Assembly: GCA_964563715.1 (NCBI GenBank)
Contig: CAZLXA010000001.1
Span: 33,613 to 97,612, forward strand
DNA from: an uncultured Candidatus Saccharibacteria bacterium
Lineage (GTDB): Bacteria; Patescibacteriota; Minisyncoccia; Phycocordibacterales; UBA9973
Length of the DNA: 64,000 nucleotides
Reading direction: 5' to 3'
The translations under genes and the position numbers were made by a program. The stretch's first letter is position 1. Every line of letters starts with the position of its first letter. Positions 1 through 8,616 of this stretch are shown here, one piece after another. Below the pieces are notes generated by a model. It was not told the origin of the DNA and did no database searches. It saw only the letters and a program-made list of their open reading frames with translations.

Positions 1-685
1 TTTCGCAATCATATTTGTTAAATCGGCTCCACCAATCGCCAGGGTAGTTGTAAGTAATACTCGGCCATTTGAAGCAATAGAAACCCCAGTTCGAGCATCA
101 CCAAAATCAACAATCATTACCGGACTATTATCCCCATAAGGAATTACGGCTCGAGCAATAGCCTGTGCTTCAATTTCAAAAGTTAATGGTACAAGCCCAG
201 CTTTGGAAAACACTGACAAATAACTCTCAAGTGTTGAACTTGCAATCGCTACTACTTCAACTAAAATATTTTGACTATCTTCTTTTATTATATCGTAATC
301 AAAAATTGAATCGATGGCCTTAAGTGGGATGTGTTCTTCAATTTGCAAAAGAATCATATCGCGAATATTTTCTTGACTTGTTTTAGGAACAGACAAAGAA
401 AATAAATACATCTGCTCTTCTGGCAATGAAACCCGAATAAAATGAAGTTTCTCTTTTTCTTTAATATTCTTTAATATTCTAACAAGCTCGTCTTCTTTTT
501 CAATTTTACCTGACACGACAACCCCTTGTGGAATTTTTTCTTTTCCATACCTAGACAAAGAAAGTCCTCTTGAGTTTATGGACAGTTCTCCATATTTAAT
601 AGATTGATCAGAAATATCAATAGCACATGAATCCATGGCTAAGTATGATGGGGTGGGAAAAAAATGATTATATAATTTTTTCATT
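1..685 (-). CDS. PilM/FtsA-like actin-fold ATPase (type IV pilus assembly PilM-like). Partial: the C-terminus lies beyond the window start.
   Basis: Reverse-strand ORF with ATG at 683-685, open to position 1. Translation (MKKLYNHFFPTPSYLAMDSCAIDISDQSIKYGEL ... GDNSPVMIVDFGDARTGVSIASNGRVLLTTTLAIGGADLTNMIAK) has the PilM/FtsA sugar-kinase/actin fold pattern. Not in the ORF track because it is truncated. Confidence 0.5.
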
Positions 686-747
686 ACTATTTTATTATAC
701 CTTGTCATGAGACTTAAATAAAGTTTTCAAACTCATTCAATATGAAA

Positions 748-1344
748 CTAGCGACGCTTTGACAATTTAACTCGTAAAATTTTTAAAATTATCGGAATAA
801 AAGAAATAAAAATTATGAGTAGGGCTATAGGAATAATATATCTATCAGGATTTGTGACCATTCCTCCAAATCCATAACCTATCAAAGTTACAGAAAAAAC
901 CCAAAAAATTCCACCAAAAATATTGTATGAAATAAAAGTTTTATAATCCATCTTTCCAATACCAGCAACAATAGGAGCAAAAGTTCGTATGACGGGAACA
1001 AATCGCGCAATTATAATAGTATGTTTACCATATTTTTCATAAAATTTCTCAGCATCTTGGATTCTTTTCTTTTTAAAGAAAAAACCCGCATCTCGTTCAA
1101 AAAGACGCCTGCCATATTTTTTACCTGACCAGTAACCAACACTATCACCCAAGATTGCTGCGATTGTACAAAAAATTAACAATGTATAAATATCAAAAAC
1201 TCCCTGGGAAGCCAAAATTCCCGCTGTAAACAATAATGAATCCCCAGGAAAAAAGAAACCAAAAAATAACCCTGTTTCCGCAAAGATAACTAGTATAATT
1301 CCTATCAGGCCCACAGTTTCTATAAGTGATGTTGCATCAAGCAT
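748..1344 (-). CDS. DedA/SNARE-associated family membrane protein
   Basis: 198 aa, multiple TM helices. Contains a DedA-type motif (GKKYGRRLFERDAGFFFKKKRIQDAEKFYEKYGKHTIIIARFVPVIRTFAPIVAGI). Confidence 0.65.
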   Translation of the reverse strand: MLDATSLIETVGLIGIILVIFAETGLFFGFFFPGDSLLFTAGILASQGVFDIYTLLIFCTIAAILGDSVGYWSGKKYGRRLFERDAGFFFKKKRIQDAEKFYEKYGKHTIIIARFVPVIRTFAPIVAGIGKMDYKTFISYNIFGGIFWVFSVTLIGYGFGGMVTNPDRYIIPIALLIIFISFIPIILKILRVKLSKRR

Positions 1345-1412
1345 ATTTTTCGGCGAAAGGCCTTGCCTTTAGTGCTCCCAAGGCAAGGCCTTAAGGAGAA
1401 AAATTAATAAAA

Positions 1413-1769
1413 TTACCGAACTTTTGCTCCAGAAGATACTTTTTGCTCTGGGATCAAAAAGACCGGTTTGCCATCCATTCCATCGATGGCCATCAGCATT
1501 CCATTACTTTCAAACTCTTTAATTTTTCTTGGTTCTAGGTTTACAATATATAAAACTTGTTTACCAACTAAAACCTGTGGGTCAGGATAATATTCTTTTA
1601 TACCGGAAACAATTTGTCTTAAAACCTTCCTCCCCTCTGCGTCAATTTCATTGAAATCAACCATACATCGCAAAAGTTTATCAGTCTCCGGCACAACTTC
1701 GACTTCCCTAATCATTCCAACCCTAATATCCATTTTTTTAAACTCTTCGTAAGATACAAATTCTTGCAT
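1413..1769 (-). CDS. tRNA-binding domain protein (CsaA / Myf-domain-like)
   Basis: 118 aa. MIREVEVVPETDKLL...VNLEPRKIKEFESNGMLMA resembles the OB-fold tRNA-binding domain found in CsaA and the MetRS C-terminus. Confidence 0.6.
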   Translation of the reverse strand: MQEFVSYEEFKKMDIRVGMIREVEVVPETDKLLRCMVDFNEIDAEGRKVLRQIVSGIKEYYPDPQVLVGKQVLYIVNLEPRKIKEFESNGMLMAIDGMDGKPVFLIPEQKVSSGAKVR

Positions 1770-1797
1770 ATTTTTAGTATATCATATGAAATTATTA

Positions 1798-2241
1798 TTA
1801 ATTATTCTTTCTATCTAAATACCTTTGCAAAATTAAAGCGGCGGCGGAGTCATCTACGGCATTACTTTTTACCCCGCCTTTTCGGCGGGTCGCCGGAAAG
1901 GCGACTTTGCGCGCATTATTTTCTTTTTTTCCATCATTTCCACGAGCAAACATAGATGTCATAAATTCTTTTTCAAAATAAATCGGTAAATCAAGTTCTC
2001 CCTCAAGATTTCTTTTGAATTCTTCTATGCTTCCCATTATTTTATTTGGCTTCCCTGACAAGTCCGTCGATTCACCTAAAACGATAGCGGAAATTTCTTC
2101 AACTCCACAAATATTGTGAATAGTATCAACAAGCTCAAGATTGTTCCCTATTATTTTATATGGAAAAGCAAATTTGCCTTCTTCATCAGAAAGAGATAAT
2201 CCAACTCTTTTAGCTCCATAATCAATTCCTAAGTATTTCAT
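1798..2241 (-). CDS. ruvX: Holliday junction resolvase-like protein RuvX/YqgF
   Basis: N-terminus MKYLGIDYGAKRVGLSLSD is the classic YqgF/RuvX signature; 147 aa. Confidence 0.85.
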   Translation of the reverse strand: MKYLGIDYGAKRVGLSLSDEEGKFAFPYKIIGNNLELVDTIHNICGVEEISAIVLGESTDLSGKPNKIMGSIEEFKRNLEGELDLPIYFEKEFMTSMFARGNDGKKENNARKVAFPATRRKGGVKSNAVDDSAAALILQRYLDRKNN

Positions 2242-2337
2242 CCCATTAAAAATTTTAACTTATAAATATATTAATTCAACCAATCTCTACCCATTTCTTT
2301 TAATGATTATATAAACTAATCAAAAATTTCTAACGGG
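2242..2337 (-). repeat. Palindromic start-abutting element, copy E (arms CCCGTTAGAAATTTTT / AAAATTTTTAATGGG, followed by the ATG of ruvX)
   Basis: Read on the minus strand, the left arm CCCGTTAGAAA (2327-2337) and the right arm TTTTTAATGGG sit immediately 5' of the ruvX ATG (2239-2241). Arm mismatches are G.U-compatible in this orientation. Confidence 0.5.
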
Positions 2338-2397
2338 ACAGGTATCTAAATATTACCATAATTGCCCTAAAAAGATATTATTGTTATAATTTAAAAT

Positions 2398-2625
2398 ATG
2401 GAAACATTTTTAAAAGATAATATATGGTTATTTATCATTTCAATGGTTTGGGTTTTACCTTGGAAAGGTTATGCCCTCTGGACAGCCTCACAGACTAGAA
2501 ACAAAAGATGGTTTATTGCTCTACTTATTATAAATTCTTTTGCTGTTCTTGATATTTTTTATATCTTTTACATCGCCAAGAAAACACCAGCAAATATAAA
2601 AGAGGCTTTTAAAGCAAAAATCTAA
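2398..2625 (+). CDS. Small membrane protein, hypothetical
   Basis: 75 aa with two predicted TM helices, followed by a rho-independent terminator at 2636-2662. Confidence 0.45.
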   Translation: METFLKDNIWLFIISMVWVLPWKGYALWTASQTRNKRWFIALLIINSFAVLDIFYIFYIAKKTPANIKEAFKAKI

Positions 2626-2635
2626 AACAAAATAA

Positions 2636-2662
2636 AAACAGACCCGTAAGGGTCTGTTTTTA
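2636..2662 (+). terminator. Rho-independent terminator
   Basis: Hairpin ACAGACCCG-TAA-GGGTCTGT followed by a T-run. Confidence 0.6.
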
Positions 2663-2712
2663 TTTTTGTATTCGGACTTGAAAAAAAGGTTAAAATGAAG
2701 TAATGTATACGC

Positions 2713-2798
2713 GGAGGCGTCGCATAGTTGGTCTAGTGCGCCCGTCTTGAAAACGGGTACGCCGCAAGGCGTCGTGAGTTCGAATCTCACCGCCTCCG
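2713..2798 (+). tRNA. tRNA-Ser (anticodon TGA), class II with a long variable arm
   Basis: Cloverleaf: acceptor GGAGGCG/CGCCTCC, anticodon stem-loop CCCGT-CTTGAAA-ACGGG, 16-nt variable arm, T-arm GTGAG-TTCGAAT-CTCAC, discriminator G. CCA is not encoded. Plausible promoter TTGAAA-17-TAATGT upstream and a terminator hairpin at 2806-2834. Confidence 0.85.
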
Positions 2799-2978
2799 CA
2801 AAAAAAGAAAACCCAAATAGGGTTTTTCTTTTTGCGGGCGAGCACGACAACTGCTTGTCGTACATGTGAGATTCGAAGAGCTTTTCATTAAGTATTTTTG
2901 TTTAGCAAAAATACTTTGAAAAGGTGTACTGAACCTGTAAGGTTCGAAACATGTACTCATGGTCCCACCGCCTCCGCA
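2799..2978 (+). repeat. tRNA-Ser-associated downstream segment ending in a direct repeat of the tRNA 3' terminus (CACCGCCTCCGCA at 2966-2978). It also contains an antisense copy of the T-arm.
   Basis: The 13-nt tRNA 3' end is repeated about 170 nt downstream. GTGAGATTCGAA at ~2870 is the reverse complement of the T-arm. No 5' half is present, so this is not a second tRNA. Confidence 0.55.
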
Positions 2979-3087
2979 TAGTAACTAATAATTTTTAAAA
3001 AACACCTCATTTTCTGTTTTAAGAAAAAACCATTCATAGTGCATAACTTTCTTGTTTTCTTTGTCACATTTACGGTAAAATATACTT

Positions 3088-3705
3088 ATGCTTGATAAAA
3101 TTTTACTAAATTGGCAACCCTATAAAATAACCGAAAATGATCTACCCGTGCTAATTACTTATGCTAAACATATGGGTGGTTCTCATTTATCAATTGTTTT
3201 AATTGCCGATTTATTTCTTAGAGGCTCAAAAATTATATTTCTAACCGCTTACCCAATGGCTAAAGATAATTTTTTAAATCAAGTTGGAATCAATAATCCA
3301 AATATTATTTTTGTGGATTCGGTAGAGGGCTTAGAAGAAGCCGCAAATACCCAAGCTATTATAATCGAAAGTGGTAATGCTACTTTATTTTTAAATGCAA
3401 TAAAAAATCTTCCTGATCTAAATGAACGAATCATCTTTATAAAAAATATTGAAATTTTTAGTGAAGAAGTATACGACGCTTGTATAAAATCAAAAAAATT
3501 AATTATCTCGGGTGACATTGATGAATGTGATTTCAAAGATAAAATTCCAAATCAACAATTCAAAACCATCATCGCTTTCAATCAAACCACGACTAAGATT
3601 AATATAGAAATTCCTAAATTAGAAAAATGGGATAGTTTCTTGTCGAGTGAAAATCAAAATGGAATTTTAACTCTAGAAAATAAAGATCATAAATTCACAC
3701 TCTAA
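3088..3705 (+). CDS. Hypothetical protein
   Basis: 205-aa ORF with no recognisable motif. Confidence 0.4.
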   Translation: MLDKILLNWQPYKITENDLPVLITYAKHMGGSHLSIVLIADLFLRGSKIIFLTAYPMAKDNFLNQVGINNPNIIFVDSVEGLEEAANTQAIIIESGNATLFLNAIKNLPDLNERIIFIKNIEIFSEEVYDACIKSKKLIISGDIDECDFKDKIPNQQFKTIIAFNQTTTKINIEIPKLEKWDSFLSSENQNGILTLENKDHKFTL

Positions 3706-3745
3706 AATTAGCAATTTATCTATAATTAATGCTAAAATGTAAATT

Positions 3746-4021
3746 ATGGAATCAATTTTAAAGTCGGATATATTTTTCTTTATTACTTCAATGTCAGTAG
3801 TAGTACTTACACTGTTTTTGTTAGTAGCTTTATTTTATTTTATTAAAATAATGCGTAATTTTTATAAAATATCAGAAATTTTAAAAAATTATACAGAAAA
3901 AACAGAAAATGACTTAAGGGATTTAGGCCAACATGTCCGACAAAGCAAATTGTTTACATTTCTTTTTGGTAAAGAGAAAGTTAAAAAGGAAACAGAAAGA
4001 TCAACAAAGAAATCGATATAA
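3746..4021 (+). CDS. Small membrane protein, hypothetical
   Basis: 91 aa, N-terminal TM helix, charged C-terminus. Confidence 0.4.
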   Translation: MESILKSDIFFFITSMSVVVLTLFLLVALFYFIKIMRNFYKISEILKNYTEKTENDLRDLGQHVRQSKLFTFLFGKEKVKKETERSTKKSI

Positions 4022-4100
4022 GTAGTTTATAAATTATTAATTAATATAAAAGCTCTACAAATTATATTTTGAAAATAATTCGTTTAGCTTTAAAAATACA

Positions 4101-4472
4101 ATGGTTAAAAAAATAGTAGCTAAAAAAGGTTTAGATGCAAAAACAATTATGGGAATTGGTGCAGGGGTAGCTGCGCTTTCTGCTGCTGCTTATGTCTTGT
4201 TTGGCCCAGAAGGTAAAAAGAATCGTAAAATTATTCGTGGCTGGTCAGTTAAAATGAAAGGTGAAATAATTGAAAAGTTTGAAAACGCTAAAGAATTAAC
4301 CGAACCAGTTTATCACAATATTGTTGATGGTATTCAAGCCAAATATGCTAAATTAAAAAACGTTGATCCTGAAGAGCTTCAAAATGTTGTAGCAGAAATT
4401 AAAAAACACTGGAAGGCCCTTCAAAAAGAAGCTGGGGTAAAGAAATCAAAAGTTGTAAAAAAGACTAAATAA
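4101..4472 (+). CDS. YtxH-like membrane protein (DUF948-like)
   Basis: IGAGVAALSAAAYVLFGPEGKKNRKII glycine-zipper helix followed by a coiled-coil tail; terminator at 4482-4505. Confidence 0.5.
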   Translation: MVKKIVAKKGLDAKTIMGIGAGVAALSAAAYVLFGPEGKKNRKIIRGWSVKMKGEIIEKFENAKELTEPVYHNIVDGIQAKYAKLKNVDPEELQNVVAEIKKHWKALQKEAGVKKSKVVKKTK

Positions 4473-4481
4473 TATAAAAAA

Positions 4482-4505
4482 TTCCTCCACTCGGAGGAAT
4501 TTTTT
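4482..4505 (+). terminator. Rho-independent terminator
   Basis: TTCCTCC-ACTC-GGAGGAA hairpin followed by TTTTTT. Confidence 0.65.
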
Positions 4506-4521
4506 ATGCTATGATGATTGG

Positions 4522-5667
4522 ATGGAAAATCTTTACGATCAATCAATAGAATTACACAAAAAGCACGGTGGTAAATTAGAAACAAACAGCAAGGTCCCCT
4601 TGTCAAATAAGGAAGATCTTTCTTTGGCTTATACTCCTGGTGTTGCTGGAGTTTGTTTAGCAATTGCCAAAGACGAAAAATTAGCAAAAGAATACACCCT
4701 CAAGAAAAATACGATTGCTATTGTGACTGACGGCTCGGCTATCTTGGGTCTTGGCAATTTGGGCCCCCTAGCCGCTATCCCGGTCATGGAAGGTAAAGCT
4801 GCGATATTTAAAGAATTCGGTGGTGTTGATGCTTTTCCAATTTGTTTAGATACAAATGATACAGAAGAAATAATAAAAATAGTAAAACAAATTGCTCCAG
4901 TTTTTGGTGGAATCAACTTAGAAGATATTTCGGCTCCTCGTTGTTTTATAATTGAAGAACGATTAAGAAAAGAATTAGATATCCCAGTCATGCACGATGA
5001 TCAATGGGGTGCAGCAACAGTCACTCTAGCCGCCCTTATTAATGCTCTTAAAATAGTCGGCCTTGATAAAACCAAAACAAAAGTTGTTATCTCCGGTGTT
5101 GGCTCGGCTGGAGTGGCCACTGGCCGATTACTTCATGAATATGGAATTACTAATACTATTTTTTGTGATAGTCATGGCATTATAAATTTAAATAGGAGTG
5201 ATTTAACAAAAGAAAAAATTGAATTATTAAATGGTAGTCAGCAAAAAGATTTAGAGGGAAATTTAGAAATTGCTATAAATCAAGCTGATGTTTTCATCGG
5301 TTTATCAAAACCAAATGTTTTAACATCCGCTATGGTTAAAAGTATGACTTCAAAACCAATCATTTTTGCTTTAGCCAATCCTAGCCCTGAAATTAGTCCC
5401 GAACTGGCAATGAGTTCTGGGGTTTACATTATGGCTACTGGTCGTTCTGATTATCCAAACCAGATAAATAATTCTTTGGTTTTCCCTGGGGCCTTTAAAG
5501 CTATGCTTGATCATCAAATTCCACAATTCGAAAATAAAATATTTCTTACTATCGCTGAAGCTCTGGCTAATATGATAGAAAAACCAACTCCCAAGAAGAT
5601 AATCCCAAGTATGTTTGATAAGGGTGTCATGGAAACAGTTTATAAGGCTGTATCTTCACTTAAATAA
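4522..5667 (+). CDS. NAD(P)-dependent malic enzyme (short form)
   Basis: 381 aa; LSLAYTPGVA malic-enzyme signature and Rossmann motif VISGVGSAGVATGRLL. Confidence 0.85.
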   Translation: MENLYDQSIELHKKHGGKLETNSKVPLSNKEDLSLAYTPGVAGVCLAIAKDEKLAKEYTLKKNTIAIVTDGSAILGLGNLGPLAAIPVMEGKAAIFKEFGGVDAFPICLDTNDTEEIIKIVKQIAPVFGGINLEDISAPRCFIIEERLRKELDIPVMHDDQWGAATVTLAALINALKIVGLDKTKTKVVISGVGSAGVATGRLLHEYGITNTIFCDSHGIINLNRSDLTKEKIELLNGSQQKDLEGNLEIAINQADVFIGLSKPNVLTSAMVKSMTSKPIIFALANPSPEISPELAMSSGVYIMATGRSDYPNQINNSLVFPGAFKAMLDHQIPQFENKIFLTIAEALANMIEKPTPKKIIPSMFDKGVMETVYKAVSSLK

Positions 5668-5709
5668 TTTTGCTAAAATTTTGTGGCGGGGTATAATATA
5701 AATATGGAT

Positions 5710-5827
5710 CCCGTTAGAAGTCATACATGTAATCCAAGATAATGGGAGGATATCAAGAAATTAGTTGTTTTTAAAATTATTAATTAATTTATGTACGAGA
5801 ATCTAAAGATTCTCTACTTCTAACGGG
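5710..5827 (+). repeat. Palindromic start-abutting element, copy A (CCCGTTAGAAGT ... ACTTCTAACGGG|ATG)
   Basis: Left arm at 5710-5721 and right arm at 5816-5827, with the ATG of ORF 5828 immediately following. AT-rich loop of ~95 nt. Confidence 0.55.
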
Positions 5828-6304
5828 ATGGATGAAATTAAATTAAATACTATCGAATGGTCAGTGCCAGAATATTCTCATAAAGAACGTGGAAATGATT
5901 GGTTCTGGACAATTGGACTTATTACTATTGTGGCTTGTGGTTTGGCTATTTGGTTACACAATTTTGTTTTTGCTATTTTTCTTTTAATATCTGGATGTTG
6001 TTTAATCATGTTTACATTACGACACCCACAAGAAGTAACATATAAAATAGAAACAAAAGGTTTATCAATGGGCAAAGATTTATATACTTGGAAGAGTTTG
6101 AAGAGTTTTAATATTAAAAATATTGAAACGGAATCTTATGCTAAATTAATGATAGAAACTAGTAAACACTTCCTCCCAGTCTACACAATTCCTGTTCCAA
6201 AAGATTTAGAAATGGAAATTAAACAAACTCTCCTTTTGGTTCTCCCTCGCTCAGAAATAGACGAATCAAAATCCATGGTCTTCATGGAAAAACTAGGATT
6301 CTAA
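5828..6304 (+). CDS. Membrane protein, hypothetical
   Basis: 158 aa, two TM helices; start codon directly abuts palindromic element copy A. Confidence 0.5.
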   Translation: MDEIKLNTIEWSVPEYSHKERGNDWFWTIGLITIVACGLAIWLHNFVFAIFLLISGCCLIMFTLRHPQEVTYKIETKGLSMGKDLYTWKSLKSFNIKNIETESYAKLMIETSKHFLPVYTIPVPKDLEMEIKQTLLLVLPRSEIDESKSMVFMEKLGF

Positions 6305-6313
6305 AAATTATAA

Positions 6314-6507
6314 TGTGATCCCGGCAGGATATCTTCCCCTACGAGGACAGTAGAAATAAACATTCTGTGACTACAAATAATTTCTCGCCGTCGCTCGAAA
6401 TTTTTGCAGTCCGCCCCTCGTGGTTTTGGTTGTTACCAAAACAACACTGCGGTCATCACAAAGCGAAAAAGACTGAAGAAGTTCAGTCTTTTTGAAATCG
6501 CGCTTTG
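6314..6507 (-). repeat. tRNA-Arg-associated downstream segment ending in a 15-nt direct repeat of the tRNA 3' terminus (CCTGCCGGGATCACA, minus sense). It carries the conserved block CTGTCCTCGTAGGGGAAGATATCC.
   Basis: Plus-strand TGTGATCCCGGCAGG occurs at both 6314-6328 and 6506-6520. The intervening ~175 nt is hairpin-rich, including a terminator-like stem that incorporates the tRNA 3' end. Confidence 0.6.
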
Positions 6508-6579
6508 TGATCCCGGCAGGAATCGAACCTGCATCGCAACTTCCGCAAAGTTGCGTCCTATCCATTGAACGACGGGACC
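6508..6579 (-). tRNA. tRNA-Arg (anticodon parsed as GCG)
   Basis: Minus-strand cloverleaf GGTCCCG..GTTC-AATGGATA-GGAC..CAACT-TTGCGGA-AGTTG..GCAGG-TTCGATT-CCTGC-CGGGATC-A. The G34 anticodon is unusual (ACG is expected in most bacteria), so the anticodon call is tentative. Confidence 0.75.
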
Positions 6580-6688
6580 ATATGGTTAAAATCTACACTA
6601 AATAGCTCTCAATCGCAAGTAAATCGTCTTTTAACTATTTATGCTATACTAGTTTTAGTCGAGTTTAATATATTAAAATAATTGTATT

Positions 6689-6976
6689 ATGGAAGAAAAT
6701 AAAAATTGTTGCGAGAAATCATGTGAAAAAAGTGAGTGTTGTGGAATGGGTAAATGCTGTATGTGGAAGAAATGCGGCGGAATGAAATATTTAATTTGGT
6801 TAATTATCATTGTTATCGTCTTTTGTTTGGGTGCCCAATTTGGTGAATTAAAATCTGAAACTCGAGGATATCATAATTATCGCGGTGGAATGATGAATTG
6901 GGATTATAAAGTTGTTAAACCTTTAGTTAATAATGAAACACCAGCCACTCCTCCAGCTCCCGAAGTTGCCCAATAG
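6689..6976 (+). CDS. Small Cys-rich membrane protein, hypothetical
   Basis: 95 aa. N-terminal 30 residues contain 9 Cys (CCEKSCEKSECCGMGKCCMWKKCGG), then one TM helix and a Pro/Thr-rich tail. Confidence 0.5.
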   Translation: MEENKNCCEKSCEKSECCGMGKCCMWKKCGGMKYLIWLIIIVIVFCLGAQFGELKSETRGYHNYRGGMMNWDYKVVKPLVNNETPATPPAPEVAQ

Positions 6977-7021
6977 TCTTGTATAATAAAAAAAGATATC
7001 AGCCATGGCTGATATCTTTTT

Positions 7022-7324
7022 TTATTTACCTTCGGCCCAATTTTTAATTTCTTTATAACTCGCTTCACCACATATTGTTTTTCCACTTTTTTGATTTAAG
7101 AAAAATGGTACTCCCCCACACATCTCATCTCCAACATCCAAATCAGTTAAAATTTTATCATTCTCAAGATTGTGCCACACTTCAATTTTCTTAATATCAA
7201 TTCCTTCACTTATAAGTTTATCAACATGTTCCTCCATAACAATACAATGCGGACACTCTAACCCATAAAAAAATAATAAATCTTTCATAATTTTTATTAT
7301 ACTAATTAATAATAAATAAAACAA
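7022..7324 (-). CDS. Thioredoxin-fold / glutaredoxin-like protein
   Basis: CPHC redox motif (FFYGLECPHCIVMEEHV) and a second Cys pair; start likely at the internal MKDLLFFYG. Confidence 0.55.
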   Translation of the reverse strand: MFYLLLISIIKIMKDLLFFYGLECPHCIVMEEHVDKLISEGIDIKKIEVWHNLENDKILTDLDVGDEMCGGVPFFLNQKSGKTICGEASYKEIKNWAEGK

Positions 7325-7347
7325 AAACCGCCACTTGGGCGGTTTTG
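7324..7347 (-). terminator. Rho-independent terminator downstream of rpsT
   Basis: AAAACCGCC-ACTT-GGGCGGTTTT hairpin immediately after the rpsT stop. Confidence 0.6.
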
Positions 7348-7349
7348 TT

Positions 7350-7604
7350 TTATTTTGTGATTTTTGATAAACGAGCCTTTTTGCGGGACGCTGTATTTTT
7401 CTTAATGACTCCTCTCTTGGCAGCCTTATCTATAACACTGTAAGCATTTGGGAGTAATTTCTTGGCTTCAACTTTATTTTTTTCCTTAACAAATTTTTCA
7501 ATTTTCTTAACTGTTTCTTTTATATTCTTTTTATTACGATCATTCATCGCTTTTTTAACAAGCGATCCTCGTAGAGCTTTTTTAGCTGATTTTGTAATAG
7601 GCAT
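7350..7604 (-). CDS. rpsT: 30S ribosomal protein S20
   Basis: 84 aa, very basic. MPITKSAKKALR...AKRGVIKKNTASRKKARL matches S20. Confidence 0.8.
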   Translation of the reverse strand: MPITKSAKKALRGSLVKKAMNDRNKKNIKETVKKIEKFVKEKNKVEAKKLLPNAYSVIDKAAKRGVIKKNTASRKKARLSKITK

Positions 7605-7863
7605 GGCTAATTTTTGAGGAGGAAACGACTACAAAAATAGCCATCCCGTCCTATAATTTTTGTTATATTAATAATTTTAAATTCAATAAATATTTCTCCG
7701 TATGTTTTCCGAAATACGGGGCCGAATAGGCCAATTCTTATCCCTATAGTATTTCGTCCTTCGTTTAAAATAAATTATAGGACTGGGATAATTTTCAAAT
7801 CTTGCCGAGACACCAGCAAAACTGAATATAGTGATATTAACAGAAAAAACTTGAATTGTACAC

Positions 7864-7933
7864 CCCCACACCTACTTTTTTGTAGTTTTCAACGTAGTCT
7901 TAAAGGACTACAACAAAAAAATAGGTGTGGGGG
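7864..7933. repeat. Long inverted repeat with CCCCCACACCTAC / GTAGGTGTGGGGG termini
   Basis: ~24-bp arms (CCCCCACACCTACTTTTTTGTAGT / ACTACAACAAAAAAATAGGTGTGGGGG) in the 390-bp non-coding rpsT-ruvA spacer. The same terminal motif recurs at 15708-16088. Confidence 0.5.
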
Positions 7934-7993
7934 TAAACCCCTAAGATTTTTTTGGTTATCTACAAATGCTTAAATATTTAGTATACTAGAAGT

Positions 7994-8569
7994 ATGATAG
8001 CAAGAATCGAAGGAATAATAGTTCATATTGACGAAAAATTCATCATTGTTGATGTCTCGGGTGTTGGGTATAAATTATCTGTCACAGGCGAAACTCTGGC
8101 CTCATTAATACTAGGCGAACACACTTCTTTTTGGGTTCATACGGCTGTTCGAGAAAATTCTATCGATCTTTATGGTTTTAAAAATATAAATGAAATGTCT
8201 TTCTTTGAGCTCTTGCTCGATGTCTCAGGTATTGGCCCTCGCTCGGCACTATCTATTTTATCTATTGCCCCTATTGAAACATTGAAACGTGCCATCGCGA
8301 CAGGTGATATGGCTTATTTAAATAAAGTTTCTGGTATCGGTAAAAAAACGGCTGAAAAAATTATTATTGAGCTTCGTGATAAATTACAAGATTATAAAAA
8401 TGATGAAACACCTGGTTTGTTGCGTGATGAAAGTGATATTATTGAAGCTCTTAAGTCGCTTGGCTATTCCCAAAATGAAGCTCGCGAAGCTTTGAATCAA
8501 GTTCCATCGACAACGATCGGTACAAATGCGCGAATCAAAGAAGCCTTACAAGTTTTAGGTAAAAGATAG
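7994..8569 (+). CDS. ruvA: Holliday junction branch migration protein RuvA
   Basis: MIARIEGIIVHIDEKFIIVDVSGVGYKLSV N-terminal OB domain, HhH motifs (GIGPRSALSIL, VSGIGKKTAEKII) and a C-terminal domain. Confidence 0.85.
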   Translation: MIARIEGIIVHIDEKFIIVDVSGVGYKLSVTGETLASLILGEHTSFWVHTAVRENSIDLYGFKNINEMSFFELLLDVSGIGPRSALSILSIAPIETLKRAIATGDMAYLNKVSGIGKKTAEKIIIELRDKLQDYKNDETPGLLRDESDIIEALKSLGYSQNEAREALNQVPSTTIGTNARIKEALQVLGKR

Positions 8570-8616
8570 TATTTCAATTTATCCCAGATCCATAATTTGT
8601 ACTTAGAACCTAATTT

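Noticed and set aside
1764-1955. 63-aa plus-strand ORF overlapping ruvX
   Set aside because: It is antisense to ruvX and has no independent support.
2521-2865. 114-aa minus-strand ORF
   Set aside because: It lies antisense across tRNA-Ser and its terminator; a shadow ORF.
2836-2980. Possible second tRNA-Ser (T-arm-like and acceptor-like fragments)
   Set aside because: Only the 3' terminal 13 nt and antisense T-arm fragments are present. No 5' acceptor strand, D-arm or anticodon arm can be folded. Treated as part of the tRNA trailer element.
6371-6565. 64-aa minus-strand ORF
   Set aside because: It overlaps tRNA-Arg and its structured trailer; not coding.
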